A stretch of 40,083 bases of DNA from an uncultured Elusimicrobiaceae bacterium (GTDB lineage: Bacteria > Elusimicrobiota > Elusimicrobia > Elusimicrobiales > UBA9959), in NCBI GenBank assembly GCA_964435105.1, contig CAYSYJ010000001.1:1-40083 (forward strand), in the 5' to 3' direction. The notes beneath the pieces were generated by a model. That model was not told the DNA's origin. It searched no databases and saw only the letters and a program-made list of their open reading frames with translations. Positions 25,746-33,265 of this stretch are shown piece by piece (the first letter of the stretch is position 1; the number at the start of each line of letters is the position of its first letter). A program made the translations under genes and the position numbers.

Positions 25746-25775
25746 TTGACAACTAGTTTAGAATATCATAAACTA
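25746..25775 (+). promoter_or_regulatory. putative promoter with an overlapping palindromic operator upstream of the arsR-family gene
   Basis: TTGACA (25746-25751), 17-nt spacer, TAAACT (25769-25774). The inverted repeat TAGTTTA-n8-TAAACTA (25754-25775) overlaps the -10. Confidence 0.5.
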
Positions 25776-25784
25776 CTATACAAC

Positions 25785-26087
25785 ATGAACAAAGCAATGC
25801 TCGCCAAGGCGGAGGGGATAGCCGGCACCCTGTCCTGCATTTCCCATCCCTTTCGCCTCATGATAATTTGTATGCTGTTGAAGAGGGAAATGTTCGTGCA
25901 CGAGCTGATAGAGAAGCTCGGCACGAGCAAGGGGAACATCTCGCAGCATCTGCGCGTTCTTGCCGACCGCGGGCTCATACAGAAGCGCCGCGACGGCAAC
26001 CGCATCTTCTACAGCATCAAGGACCCCAACCTGGCGGACCTCATCGGCCGCATCAAGAAGCTGTATTGTCCCAACTTCGACCTGTAA
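25785..26087 (+). CDS. ArsR/SmtB-family transcriptional repressor
   Basis: Start taken at MNKAML (ATG 25785). The wHTH block is HPFRLMIICMLLKREMFVHELIEKLGTSKGNISQHLRVLADRGLI. Cys residues lie in helix 2 and near the C-terminus (LYCP). The ELCVC arsenite site is absent. Confidence 0.85.
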   Translation: MNKAMLAKAEGIAGTLSCISHPFRLMIICMLLKREMFVHELIEKLGTSKGNISQHLRVLADRGLIQKRRDGNRIFYSIKDPNLADLIGRIKKLYCPNFDL

Positions 26088-26104
26088 GCGTTTAGGAGGA
26101 TACT

Positions 26105-26350
26105 ATGGACCTTAGCCAGATAAAACCCGCTAAAACGGTGGACGCGCGCTCCATGGCCTGTCCGGGCCCCCTGCTCGAGGCCAAAAAGGGCATAGCCGGC
26201 GTGCCGGTGGGCGGCGTGCTGGAGATCATGTCCGGCGACAAGGGCAGCCGCGAGGATATCCCGGCCTGGTGCGGCAAGTCCGGCCACGAGTACCTGGGCG
26301 TGCTCGAGCGCGACGGCTACGACAGCCTCTTCGTCACCCGCAAAAAGTAA
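26105..26350 (+). CDS. tusA: TusA/SirA-family sulfur carrier
   Basis: 81 aa with SD AGGAGGA upstream. The CPxP active-site block is DARSMACPGPLL. Confidence 0.85.
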   Translation: MDLSQIKPAKTVDARSMACPGPLLEAKKGIAGVPVGGVLEIMSGDKGSREDIPAWCGKSGHEYLGVLERDGYDSLFVTRKK

Positions 26351-26362
26351 CCGGGTGTCGCG

Positions 26363-26492
26363 GCCCGACCGGGGTATGGGGTCTTCGGGCACGCGGTCGG
26401 CAACACCGTTGCCGCCGCTTGTCGCTCGGGCTCGGCGCTTACGTAAGCCTCGCCCTGCGCTACATCCCTCCGCCCCCATACCCCGGCCGGGC
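26363..26492 (-). ncRNA. candidate structured RNA / structured repeat element, copy 2 (opposite orientation)
   Basis: Its reverse complement aligns with 2971-3098. The outer 13-bp helix is 26369-26381 with 26474-26486. Single-stranded blocks are conserved and all three helices covary. Confidence 0.55.
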
Positions 26493-26512
26493 CTTTAGGA
26501 TCGCAGGACTTT

Positions 26513-26899
26513 TTGCGCATGACTCAGAAAAAAATATTAATAATTACCACTAATCACAGTTCCTATCCCGGCGCGGACGCCGTGGGCCAGGCCCGCCTGG
26601 CTTACAGCGCCAACACCTACGTTATACGCGTCCCCGACCCCGTCATGTTCCCCGAGGACTTCTACCTCAGGGCCTTCGACAAAGGCATAGGCGGCATCAT
26701 CATCATGTCTTCCGGCTCCGACTGCCCCTACGAAGGTGCCTATGAGCGCCTCTCCAAGCGCGTGGCCCGTGTCTACGAAAAAATGAAGGCCAAGGGTATC
26801 GCCGTCAACCGCCTCAAGCTCACTACCATCTGCACCGTCTGCCGCGCGGCCTTCCTCAAAGAAATTTCCGAAATGGAAAAGGCGGTGGCGGCGGTATGA
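26513..26899 (+). CDS. MvhD/FlpD-like protein with degenerate cluster ligands
   Basis: 128 aa (TTG at 26513 or ATG at 26519). It has the FlpD-like layout KILIITTNHSSYPGADAVG...VIRVPDPVMF...GIIIMSSGSDCPYEGAY, but most canonical Cys positions are replaced. Confidence 0.6.
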   Translation: MRMTQKKILIITTNHSSYPGADAVGQARLAYSANTYVIRVPDPVMFPEDFYLRAFDKGIGGIIIMSSGSDCPYEGAYERLSKRVARVYEKMKAKGIAVNRLKLTTICTVCRAAFLKEISEMEKAVAAV

Positions 26900-28185
26900 A
26901 GACCATAGAAAAGATAGAAGTCGACGCGCTCGTGGTGGGCTCCGGCATAGCCGGCCTGCAGAGCGCGCTGGACCTGGCCGACCAGGGCTATTCCGTCGCC
27001 GTCGTGGAGAAGAATCCCAGCATCGGCGGCAAGATGATCAGCCTGAGCAAAGTTTTCCCGACGCTGGACTGCGCCAGCTGCATCACCACCCCGCGCATGG
27101 CCTCCGTGTCGCATCATCCGCGAATCACCACCCTCACCTACAGCACCGTGGACGCCATCAAGCGCGAGAACGGCGTTTTCACCGCCGCCGTCACCCGCAA
27201 GCCGCGCTACATAGACGAGAAGGAATGCATCTCCTGCAAGCGCTGCGAAGAGGTGTGCCCCGTCTTCCTGCCCGACGAGTACGAGCAGGGCCTGGGCGCC
27301 AAGAAGACCATCTCCATACCTTTCACCAACGCCATACCGCAGTACCCGGTGATGCACCCCGAGCACTGCATACGCTGCGGCGCCTGCGCCCGCGCCTGCC
27401 CCAAGGACTGCATAGAGTTCCTGCAGGAGCCCGCGCCGGTGGAGATCAAGGCCAAGGCGGTCATACTCGCCACCGGCTACGAGACCACGCCCATGACCGC
27501 CAAGAAACAGTATGGCCTGGGCAAGCTCCCCAATGTGATCTCGCCCATGGCGGCCGAGCGCCTGCTCGCCCCGCACGGCCCTTACGGCCGCGTGTTGCGG
27601 CCCTCCGACGGCATGACGCCGGGGTCCATAGCCTACGTGCAGTGCGCCGGTTCGCGCGACAAGAGCATAGGCATACCTTATTGTTCCCGCGTCTGCTGCA
27701 TGTACGCCATCAAGCAGGCCATACTGCTGTCCGGCTCGCTGCCCATAGCCGACATCACCATCTACTACATGGACATACGCGCCTTCGGCAAAAGCTACGA
27801 GCAGTTCTATAACAATGCCCGGGCCATGGGCATCAACTTCGTGAAGGCCAAGGTGGCCCGCATCACCGAGGACGAGAAGCATAACCCGATAGTGCGCATA
27901 GAGAAGCAGGAGGGCACTTCCGGTCCCGAGGAGATAAAGCACGAACTCGTGATCCTCTCGCAGGGCCTCGTGCCCGGCTGCGATACCACGAAGTTCGGTC
28001 TCGGAGTGGCCAATAACGACTTCGGCTTCGTGAAACTCTCCGACGAAACGGTCTCCTCCGCGGTGACCGACGGCGCCGGGGTGTTCGCGGCCGGCACCGC
28101 CAAAGGGCCGCGCGATATCCCCGACTCGGTGGTGGACGCCGGCTCCGCGGCCATGGAAGCCGCCGCCTATATAAGGAGGCTGTGA
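26896..28185 (+). CDS. HdrA/QmoA-like FAD and FeS oxidoreductase subunit
   Basis: 429 aa. The FAD fingerprint is DALVVGSGIAGLQSALDLADQGYSVAVVEK. Two ferredoxin motifs are present, CISCKRCEEVCP and CIRCGACARACP. The HdrA core block is YVQCAGSRD...YCSRVCC. Confidence 0.85.
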   Translation: MKTIEKIEVDALVVGSGIAGLQSALDLADQGYSVAVVEKNPSIGGKMISLSKVFPTLDCASCITTPRMASVSHHPRITTLTYSTVDAIKRENGVFTAAVTRKPRYIDEKECISCKRCEEVCPVFLPDEYEQGLGAKKTISIPFTNAIPQYPVMHPEHCIRCGACARACPKDCIEFLQEPAPVEIKAKAVILATGYETTPMTAKKQYGLGKLPNVISPMAAERLLAPHGPYGRVLRPSDGMTPGSIAYVQCAGSRDKSIGIPYCSRVCCMYAIKQAILLSGSLPIADITIYYMDIRAFGKSYEQFYNNARAMGINFVKAKVARITEDEKHNPIVRIEKQEGTSGPEEIKHELVILSQGLVPGCDTTKFGLGVANNDFGFVKLSDETVSSAVTDGAGVFAAGTAKGPRDIPDSVVDAGSAAMEAAAYIRRL

Positions 28186-29975
28186 TGGAAGAAAAACTGA
28201 AAGACGAAGCCTCCAAGGATAATTTCCGCCAGGAACCCAAGGTCGGCGTGTATGTCTGCCATTGCGGCGGCAATATCTCCGATATCATAGACGTGAAGGC
28301 CGTGGCCGGGGCGCTGGCCAAGTACCCCGGCGTCACGGTGGCCCGCGAGTACGCCTTCATGTGCTCGTCCAACGGCCAGGACCTCATCACCGAAGACATT
28401 AAAAAGCTGGGCGTGAACCGCACGGTGGTCGCGGCCTGCTCGCCCAGCCTGCACGAACTCACCTTCCGCGGCGTGCTGCAGCGCGCCGGCGTGAACCCCT
28501 ACCTGCACGAGCACGTCAATATCCGCGAGCAGGCGAGCTGGGTGCATAAGCTCGACAAGGCCGGCGCCACCGCCAAGGCCATAAAGCTCGCCCAGGCCGG
28601 CGTGGAGAAGGTGCTGCGCAAGGACGCGCTCAACGCCATAAGGGTGGCGGCCGAGCAGCGGGTGGCCGTGATAGGCGGCGGCGTTTCCGGCATGCGCGCG
28701 GCGCTGTCCGCCGCGGGCAAGGGCCTCGAGGCCGTCATAATAGAAAAGGGCCCGCGCCTGGGCGGTAAACTGCTCGAGCTCGGCAAAATGTATCCATCCG
28801 GGGAGGAGGGCCCCGCCATAGCGAAGAAACTGGAAGACATGGTGCTCTCGGAGAAGAAGATAACAATCCACACCGGCGCGGAGATAGACTATGTCAGCGG
28901 CTTCGTGGGCAATTTCTTCGTCAACTTCAAGAAACCAGACGGCAGTTCCGCGCAGGTGAAGGCCGGCGCCATAGTGATGGCCACCGGCTACGAGCATTAT
29001 AAGCCCGCGAAAGGCGAGTTCGGCTACGGCGAGGACGCCAATGTGGTGACCCTGCCGGAGTTCGTCTCGCTGCTCAAGAGTTCCCCGGCCGGCCGGCTGG
29101 AATATTCCGGCAAGGAAATAAAAAGCCTCGCGCTGATACACTGCGTGGGTTCGCGCCAGGTGGAGGGCGTGCACGCGCCCCAGGCCGACGGCAAGATCAA
29201 CGATTATTGCTCGCGCGTCTGCTGCACCGCCGCGCTGCACACCGTCAACCAGCTCAAGGACAAATATCCCGGCGTGCGCGTTTACGACGTGTACCGCGAC
29301 ATCCGCACCTACGGCATGAAGCACGAGGAGTATTATGACAAGGCCTCGAAGGACGGCGTGCTGTTCATGCGCCACAACGAGGCCGACCAGCCCGCGGTAA
29401 CCTCGGACCGCACCGGCCACACCATAAAGGTGAAGGACGTGCTGACCTGGGGCGAGGAACTGGAGTTCAAGGCCGACCTCGTGGTGCTGGTCACCGGCAT
29501 GATGCCGGCCGACATTTCGCTCATCAAGTCGCAGCTCAAGCTGCCGTCGAGCGCCGACCGCTTCCTGCAGGAAGTGCACCCGAAACTGCGCCCGGTGGAG
29601 CTGGCCAACTCCGGCATCTTCGTGGCCGGCGCGGCCCAGTACCCGATGGATTCCACCGAGGCCATGGCCTCGGCCGGCACCGCCGCGGCTAAGGCCGCGA
29701 TCCTGCTGGCCGAGCCGGACATCCCGCTCGAACCTTTCGTGGCCGTGGTGGACGAACATAAATGCACCGGCTGCGGCCTCTGCCCGCCGGAATGCTCCTA
29801 TGACGGCGCCCTCATGATGGGCGAGAAGAACGGCAAGAAAGTGGCCGTGGTGAACCCGGCGCTCTGCAAGGGCTGCGGCGCCTGCGTGGCGGTCTGCCCG
29901 GTCCGCGCCATAAACGTGGCCGGCTGGACCCTGGACCAGTTCGACGCGATGGTGGACGCCATCGCCAAGGAATAA
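28185..29975 (+). CDS. HdrA/QmoB-like FAD and FeS oxidoreductase subunit (no C-terminal MvhD domain)
   Basis: ATG 28185 follows SD AAGGAGG (28173-28179); a GTG alternative is at 28182. The N-terminal block is VYVCHCGGNI and the FAD fingerprint is VAVIGGGVSGMRAAL. Also present are HCVGSRQ...YCSRVCC and C-terminal CTGCGLCPPEC plus CKGCGACVAVCP. Confidence 0.85.
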   Translation: MEEKLKDEASKDNFRQEPKVGVYVCHCGGNISDIIDVKAVAGALAKYPGVTVAREYAFMCSSNGQDLITEDIKKLGVNRTVVAACSPSLHELTFRGVLQRAGVNPYLHEHVNIREQASWVHKLDKAGATAKAIKLAQAGVEKVLRKDALNAIRVAAEQRVAVIGGGVSGMRAALSAAGKGLEAVIIEKGPRLGGKLLELGKMYPSGEEGPAIAKKLEDMVLSEKKITIHTGAEIDYVSGFVGNFFVNFKKPDGSSAQVKAGAIVMATGYEHYKPAKGEFGYGEDANVVTLPEFVSLLKSSPAGRLEYSGKEIKSLALIHCVGSRQVEGVHAPQADGKINDYCSRVCCTAALHTVNQLKDKYPGVRVYDVYRDIRTYGMKHEEYYDKASKDGVLFMRHNEADQPAVTSDRTGHTIKVKDVLTWGEELEFKADLVVLVTGMMPADISLIKSQLKLPSSADRFLQEVHPKLRPVELANSGIFVAGAAQYPMDSTEAMASAGTAAAKAAILLAEPDIPLEPFVAVVDEHKCTGCGLCPPECSYDGALMMGEKNGKKVAVVNPALCKGCGACVAVCPVRAINVAGWTLDQFDAMVDAIAKE

Positions 29976-29976
29976 T

Positions 29977-30267
29977 ATGGCCGACGCTAAGAAACTCGCC
30001 GAACAGCTGAAAAAACTGAACGAGCTCCGCGGCCCGGTGCCGCAGGAATTGCGCGACCGGGTGGCCGCGCAGAACAAGGCGCAGAAAGCCATACTCGACG
30101 CGCTCAAGGCCGGCCAGAAGACCGTGCCGGAACTTGCCGCCGCGGCCGGCCTGCCTCATGACCAGGCGCTCTGGTACGTAGCCGGCCTGCGCAAGTACGG
30201 CCGTATCGCAGACGTGCCAGGCAAGGGCGACTATCCCAAGTACGAGCTCAAGGGGGAAGCGAAATGA
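29977..30267 (+). CDS. small winged-helix-like hypothetical protein
   Basis: 96 aa. AILDALKAGQKTVPELAAAAGLPHDQALWYVAGLRKYGRI looks like a wHTH. It is tightly packed between the two flanking genes. Confidence 0.55.
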   Translation: MADAKKLAEQLKKLNELRGPVPQELRDRVAAQNKAQKAILDALKAGQKTVPELAAAAGLPHDQALWYVAGLRKYGRIADVPGKGDYPKYELKGEAK

Positions 30268-31358
30268 AGGTGAACCCCGAACTCATCGACGAGATAAAGA
30301 AATACGGCGCTTTCGACATCTCCGCCTGCTTTAACTGCGGCAACTGCACCGCGGTCTGCCCGCTTTCCAAAGAGGACGCCTCTTTCCCCCGCAAGCTCAT
30401 CCGCGCCGGCCATGTCGGGATGGAGGAGAAGATCGGCTCCGCCCTCGAGCCCTGGCACTGCTACTATTGCGGGGAGTGTTCCGCCACCTGCCCCCGCGAG
30501 GCCCAACCCGGCGAGTACATGATGGCACTGCGCCGCTATCTCATCGCCAAGTACGATATCACCGGGCTCTCCAAGATCTTCTATAAGACCGGCTGGCTGC
30601 AAACCTGGCTGGCGCTCGGCCTGCTGGGTTTCTTCTACTGGCTCTACGCCTCCTATACCGGCGACTTCGGCGCGCTGGCCGGAAAGATAGAGCTGGCCTT
30701 CCCGGTGTATGTCACCATCGCGCTGGGCGGCTATGTTCTCAATATGTACCGGCACGCCATCATAAAGCCGCTTGGCGGTATAAAGGCGTCGCTCAAGCCG
30801 GCGCATATCTACGAGACCCTGGTGCACGGCTTCACGCAGAAGAACTTCAATGGCTGCGAGGAGACCGACCTGGTAAGGTGGGGCGCCCACCTGCTCGTCA
30901 TGAGCGGCTATGTGCTGACCCTCGTTATCTCCAACCTGCACCTGCTCTCGCCGCTGGATAAGCATTACGGCGCTTTCCACCCGGTGAGCCTGCTGGTGTG
31001 GTACGCGGGCTTCGGCATCCTTATAGGCGGCGGCCTGATGTCCCTGCGCCGGGTGTTCAAGAGCGCCGAGTCCAGCAAATTCTCGCACCCGAGCGACTGG
31101 CTGTTCGTGATGACTATGTTCCTCATAGGCGCGAGCCTGCTTTTCACGCATTACCTCAATGTGGCCCATGGCCCGCAGGACCCGCTGCTGGCCAAGGTGT
31201 ACCGGCTCAATATCGCCATAGAGACGGTGTGGATCATCCTCATCGTGCCTTTCACGAAGTGGATACATATCTTCTTCAGGCCGCTGGCCGTCTATTTCCA
31301 GCATACCCGTAAAGAGGTTGAGGCCGGCACGGCCTTCACCCTGCAGTTCGGTAAATAA
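30264..31358 (+). CDS. QmoC-like subunit: HdrC-type 2x[4Fe-4S] domain fused to an HdrE/NarI-type membrane domain
   Basis: 364 aa with ATGA coupling to the upstream gene. The motifs CFNCGNCTAVCP and CYYCGECSATCP are followed by about six hydrophobic helices. Confidence 0.8.
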   Translation: MKVNPELIDEIKKYGAFDISACFNCGNCTAVCPLSKEDASFPRKLIRAGHVGMEEKIGSALEPWHCYYCGECSATCPREAQPGEYMMALRRYLIAKYDITGLSKIFYKTGWLQTWLALGLLGFFYWLYASYTGDFGALAGKIELAFPVYVTIALGGYVLNMYRHAIIKPLGGIKASLKPAHIYETLVHGFTQKNFNGCEETDLVRWGAHLLVMSGYVLTLVISNLHLLSPLDKHYGAFHPVSLLVWYAGFGILIGGGLMSLRRVFKSAESSKFSHPSDWLFVMTMFLIGASLLFTHYLNVAHGPQDPLLAKVYRLNIAIETVWIILIVPFTKWIHIFFRPLAVYFQHTRKEVEAGTAFTLQFGK

Positions 31359-31366
31359 GGAGACTT

Positions 31367-31918
31367 ATGGCTGATATAAAAGAACTGGAAGCGCAGATCG
31401 CGGCCCTCAAGGCCGACGTGGAAACGCTGAAGGCCAACGCCCCGCAGGATAAGCTCTCGATGGTGGTCATGAGCGGCGACATGGACAAGCTGCTCGCCTC
31501 TTTCATCATCGCCACCGGAGCGGCCGCCATGTACGAGAAAGTGGTTATGTTCTTCACTTTCTGGTCCATCCCGGCGCTGAAGGACCCCAAGAAGACCGTC
31601 TCCAAGGACACGGTCTCCAAGATGTTCGAGCTCATGCTGCCCAACGGCGCGGCCGGCACCAAGCTCAGCAAGATGAACATGGGCGGCATGGGCAAGGCCA
31701 TGATCAAGGCCATCATGAAGAAGCATAACGTGATGTCGCTCGAGCAGCTCATCAAGACCGCGGCTGATTCCGGCGTGGAGATCTATATCTGCCAGATGAG
31801 CATGGACCTGATGGGCTACAAGTTCGAGGAGATGGTGGACTACCCCAACCTCAAGAGCGCTGGCGTGGCCAAGTTCCTCGCCGAGGCCGGCACCAGCAAG
31901 GCCTCGCTGTTCATATAA
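31367..31918 (+). CDS. DsrE2/DrsE_2-family (DsrE/DsrF-like) protein
   Basis: 183 aa with SD AAGGAG upstream. Diagnostic blocks are LSMVVMSGDMDKLLASFIIATGAAAM, FFTFWS and IYICQMSMDLMGY. Confidence 0.75.
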   Translation: MADIKELEAQIAALKADVETLKANAPQDKLSMVVMSGDMDKLLASFIIATGAAAMYEKVVMFFTFWSIPALKDPKKTVSKDTVSKMFELMLPNGAAGTKLSKMNMGGMGKAMIKAIMKKHNVMSLEQLIKTAADSGVEIYICQMSMDLMGYKFEEMVDYPNLKSAGVAKFLAEAGTSKASLFI

Positions 31919-31944
31919 TTTTCGGTGAATCTAACGGAGGATCA

Positions 31945-33144
31945 ATGAAAAACGGAAAACTGCTAGCGGCGGTGTTAGTGTCCGCTTTCGCGGCCAACGG
32001 TTCCGCCACCAACGGCGACAACCTCATCGGCGTGGGCCCGGCTTCCCGCGCCATGGGCGCCACCGGTATGGCTGCCCCCCAGGACGCCATCAGCGCCATC
32101 TTCGCCAACCCGGCCGGCCTAAGCCAGCTCGCGGGTTCTCAGTTCAACTTCGCCGGCACCTACTTCGCCCCCACGGTGAAGGCCGAAGTGGTGCAGCCCG
32201 GCGCCTTCGGCGGCAATTGGAAAGCCGAGAGCCAGGACGAGGCCTATGCCGTGCCGGCCATCGGCCTCTCCACCCCGGTCAACGACAAGGTGACCTTCGG
32301 CATCGCCGCCTACGGCGTGTCCGGCATGGGCGTGGATTACCGCGGCAAGGATCCGAGCAAGACCAATACCAAGCTCTCCGTCATGAAGTTCGTGCCGGCC
32401 TTCGCCTACAAGAGCGGCGCTTTCTCCTACGGCGCCGGCCTCGACATAGACTACCAGGCCGCCGATTTCGGCGCCGGCCTGTCCCATAACTACGCCCTGG
32501 GCGCGCGCCTTGGCGCGGGCTATGAGTACGGGGCCTGGAACTTCGGCCTGACCTACGTGACCCCGCAGAACGTCGAGCACGAGCGCATCTACGACTTCGA
32601 CGGCACCGGCGGCCCCTCGCAGACCTTCAACGGCTTCGACGACCTGAAGCTGGAGAACCCGGCGCAGTACGGCGCGGGCGTGTCCTACAAGGGTTTCGGC
32701 AAATGGGTGCTCTCCGCCGACGTGAAGTACGTGGACTGGGCCAATGCCGACGGCTACAGCGACTTCGACTGGGAAAGCCAGACCGTGGTCGGCCTGGGCG
32801 TGCAGAACAAGACCACCGACAAGCTGACGCTGCGCGCCGGCTGGAACTACGGCAAGAACCCGGTGAAAAAGCACGACGCCTTCGATATCGGCGGCGGCGC
32901 GGCCACCACCATGGTGCAGGGCAAGGCCATGAGCAAGTTCGGCTACGAGTATTTCCGCATCGTCGGCTTCCCCGCGGTGAGCGAGCATCACCTGACGCTG
33001 GGCGCCGGCTACGAGTTCAGCCCCAAATTCGCCCTGAACGTGGGCTACAAGAAGGCCTTCGCCAAGAGCATCAGCCAGACGGACAGCACCGGCACCGTCA
33101 GGCTCAAGTCCGAGCTCTCCGAGGAGCCTACGACCTCGGCCTGA
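31945..33144 (+). CDS. FadL/OmpP1/TodX-family outer-membrane channel (apparent frameshift before the C-terminal beta-signal)
   Basis: 399 aa with SD GGAGGA upstream and a signal peptide. The N-terminal hatch block is NGDNLIGVGPASRAMGATGMAAP. The ORF ends ...SELSEEPTTSA, whereas the -1 frame from about 33126 reads AYDLGLTFRF-stop (33158). Confidence 0.75.
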   Translation: MKNGKLLAAVLVSAFAANGSATNGDNLIGVGPASRAMGATGMAAPQDAISAIFANPAGLSQLAGSQFNFAGTYFAPTVKAEVVQPGAFGGNWKAESQDEAYAVPAIGLSTPVNDKVTFGIAAYGVSGMGVDYRGKDPSKTNTKLSVMKFVPAFAYKSGAFSYGAGLDIDYQAADFGAGLSHNYALGARLGAGYEYGAWNFGLTYVTPQNVEHERIYDFDGTGGPSQTFNGFDDLKLENPAQYGAGVSYKGFGKWVLSADVKYVDWANADGYSDFDWESQTVVGLGVQNKTTDKLTLRAGWNYGKNPVKKHDAFDIGGGAATTMVQGKAMSKFGYEYFRIVGFPAVSEHHLTLGAGYEFSPKFALNVGYKKAFAKSISQTDSTGTVRLKSELSEEPTTSA

Positions 33145-33174
33145 CCTTCAGGTTCTAAGCCGGGACTTGGCATG

Positions 33175-33206
33175 GAAAGGGCGGCAAGAGCCGCCCTTTC
33201 TTATTT
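33175..33206 (+). terminator. intrinsic terminator after the porin gene
   Basis: GAAAGGGCGGC-aaga-GCCGCCCTTTC followed by TTATTT. Confidence 0.8.
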
Positions 33207-33218
33207 ATATAATCAGGC

Positions 33219-33244
33219 TAAACCCGCCAGGCGGGTCGCGCGTC
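33219..33244 (+). promoter_or_regulatory. possible ECF-type autoregulated promoter
   Basis: TAAAC (33219-33223), 17 nt, CGTC (33241-33244), about 22 nt upstream of the sigma factor ATG. This fits the generic AAC-N16/17-CGT ECF pattern. Confidence 0.3.
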
Positions 33245-33265
33245 AGTATAAATGTGGGAAACTTA

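Noticed and set aside
28183-28185. TGA between the two HdrA-like genes as a selenocysteine or read-through codon fusing them.
   Set aside because: Continuing in frame hits another stop after five codons. A strong SD (AAGGAGG) and an ATG at 28185 give a normal coupled restart, and no SECIS-like hairpin was seen.
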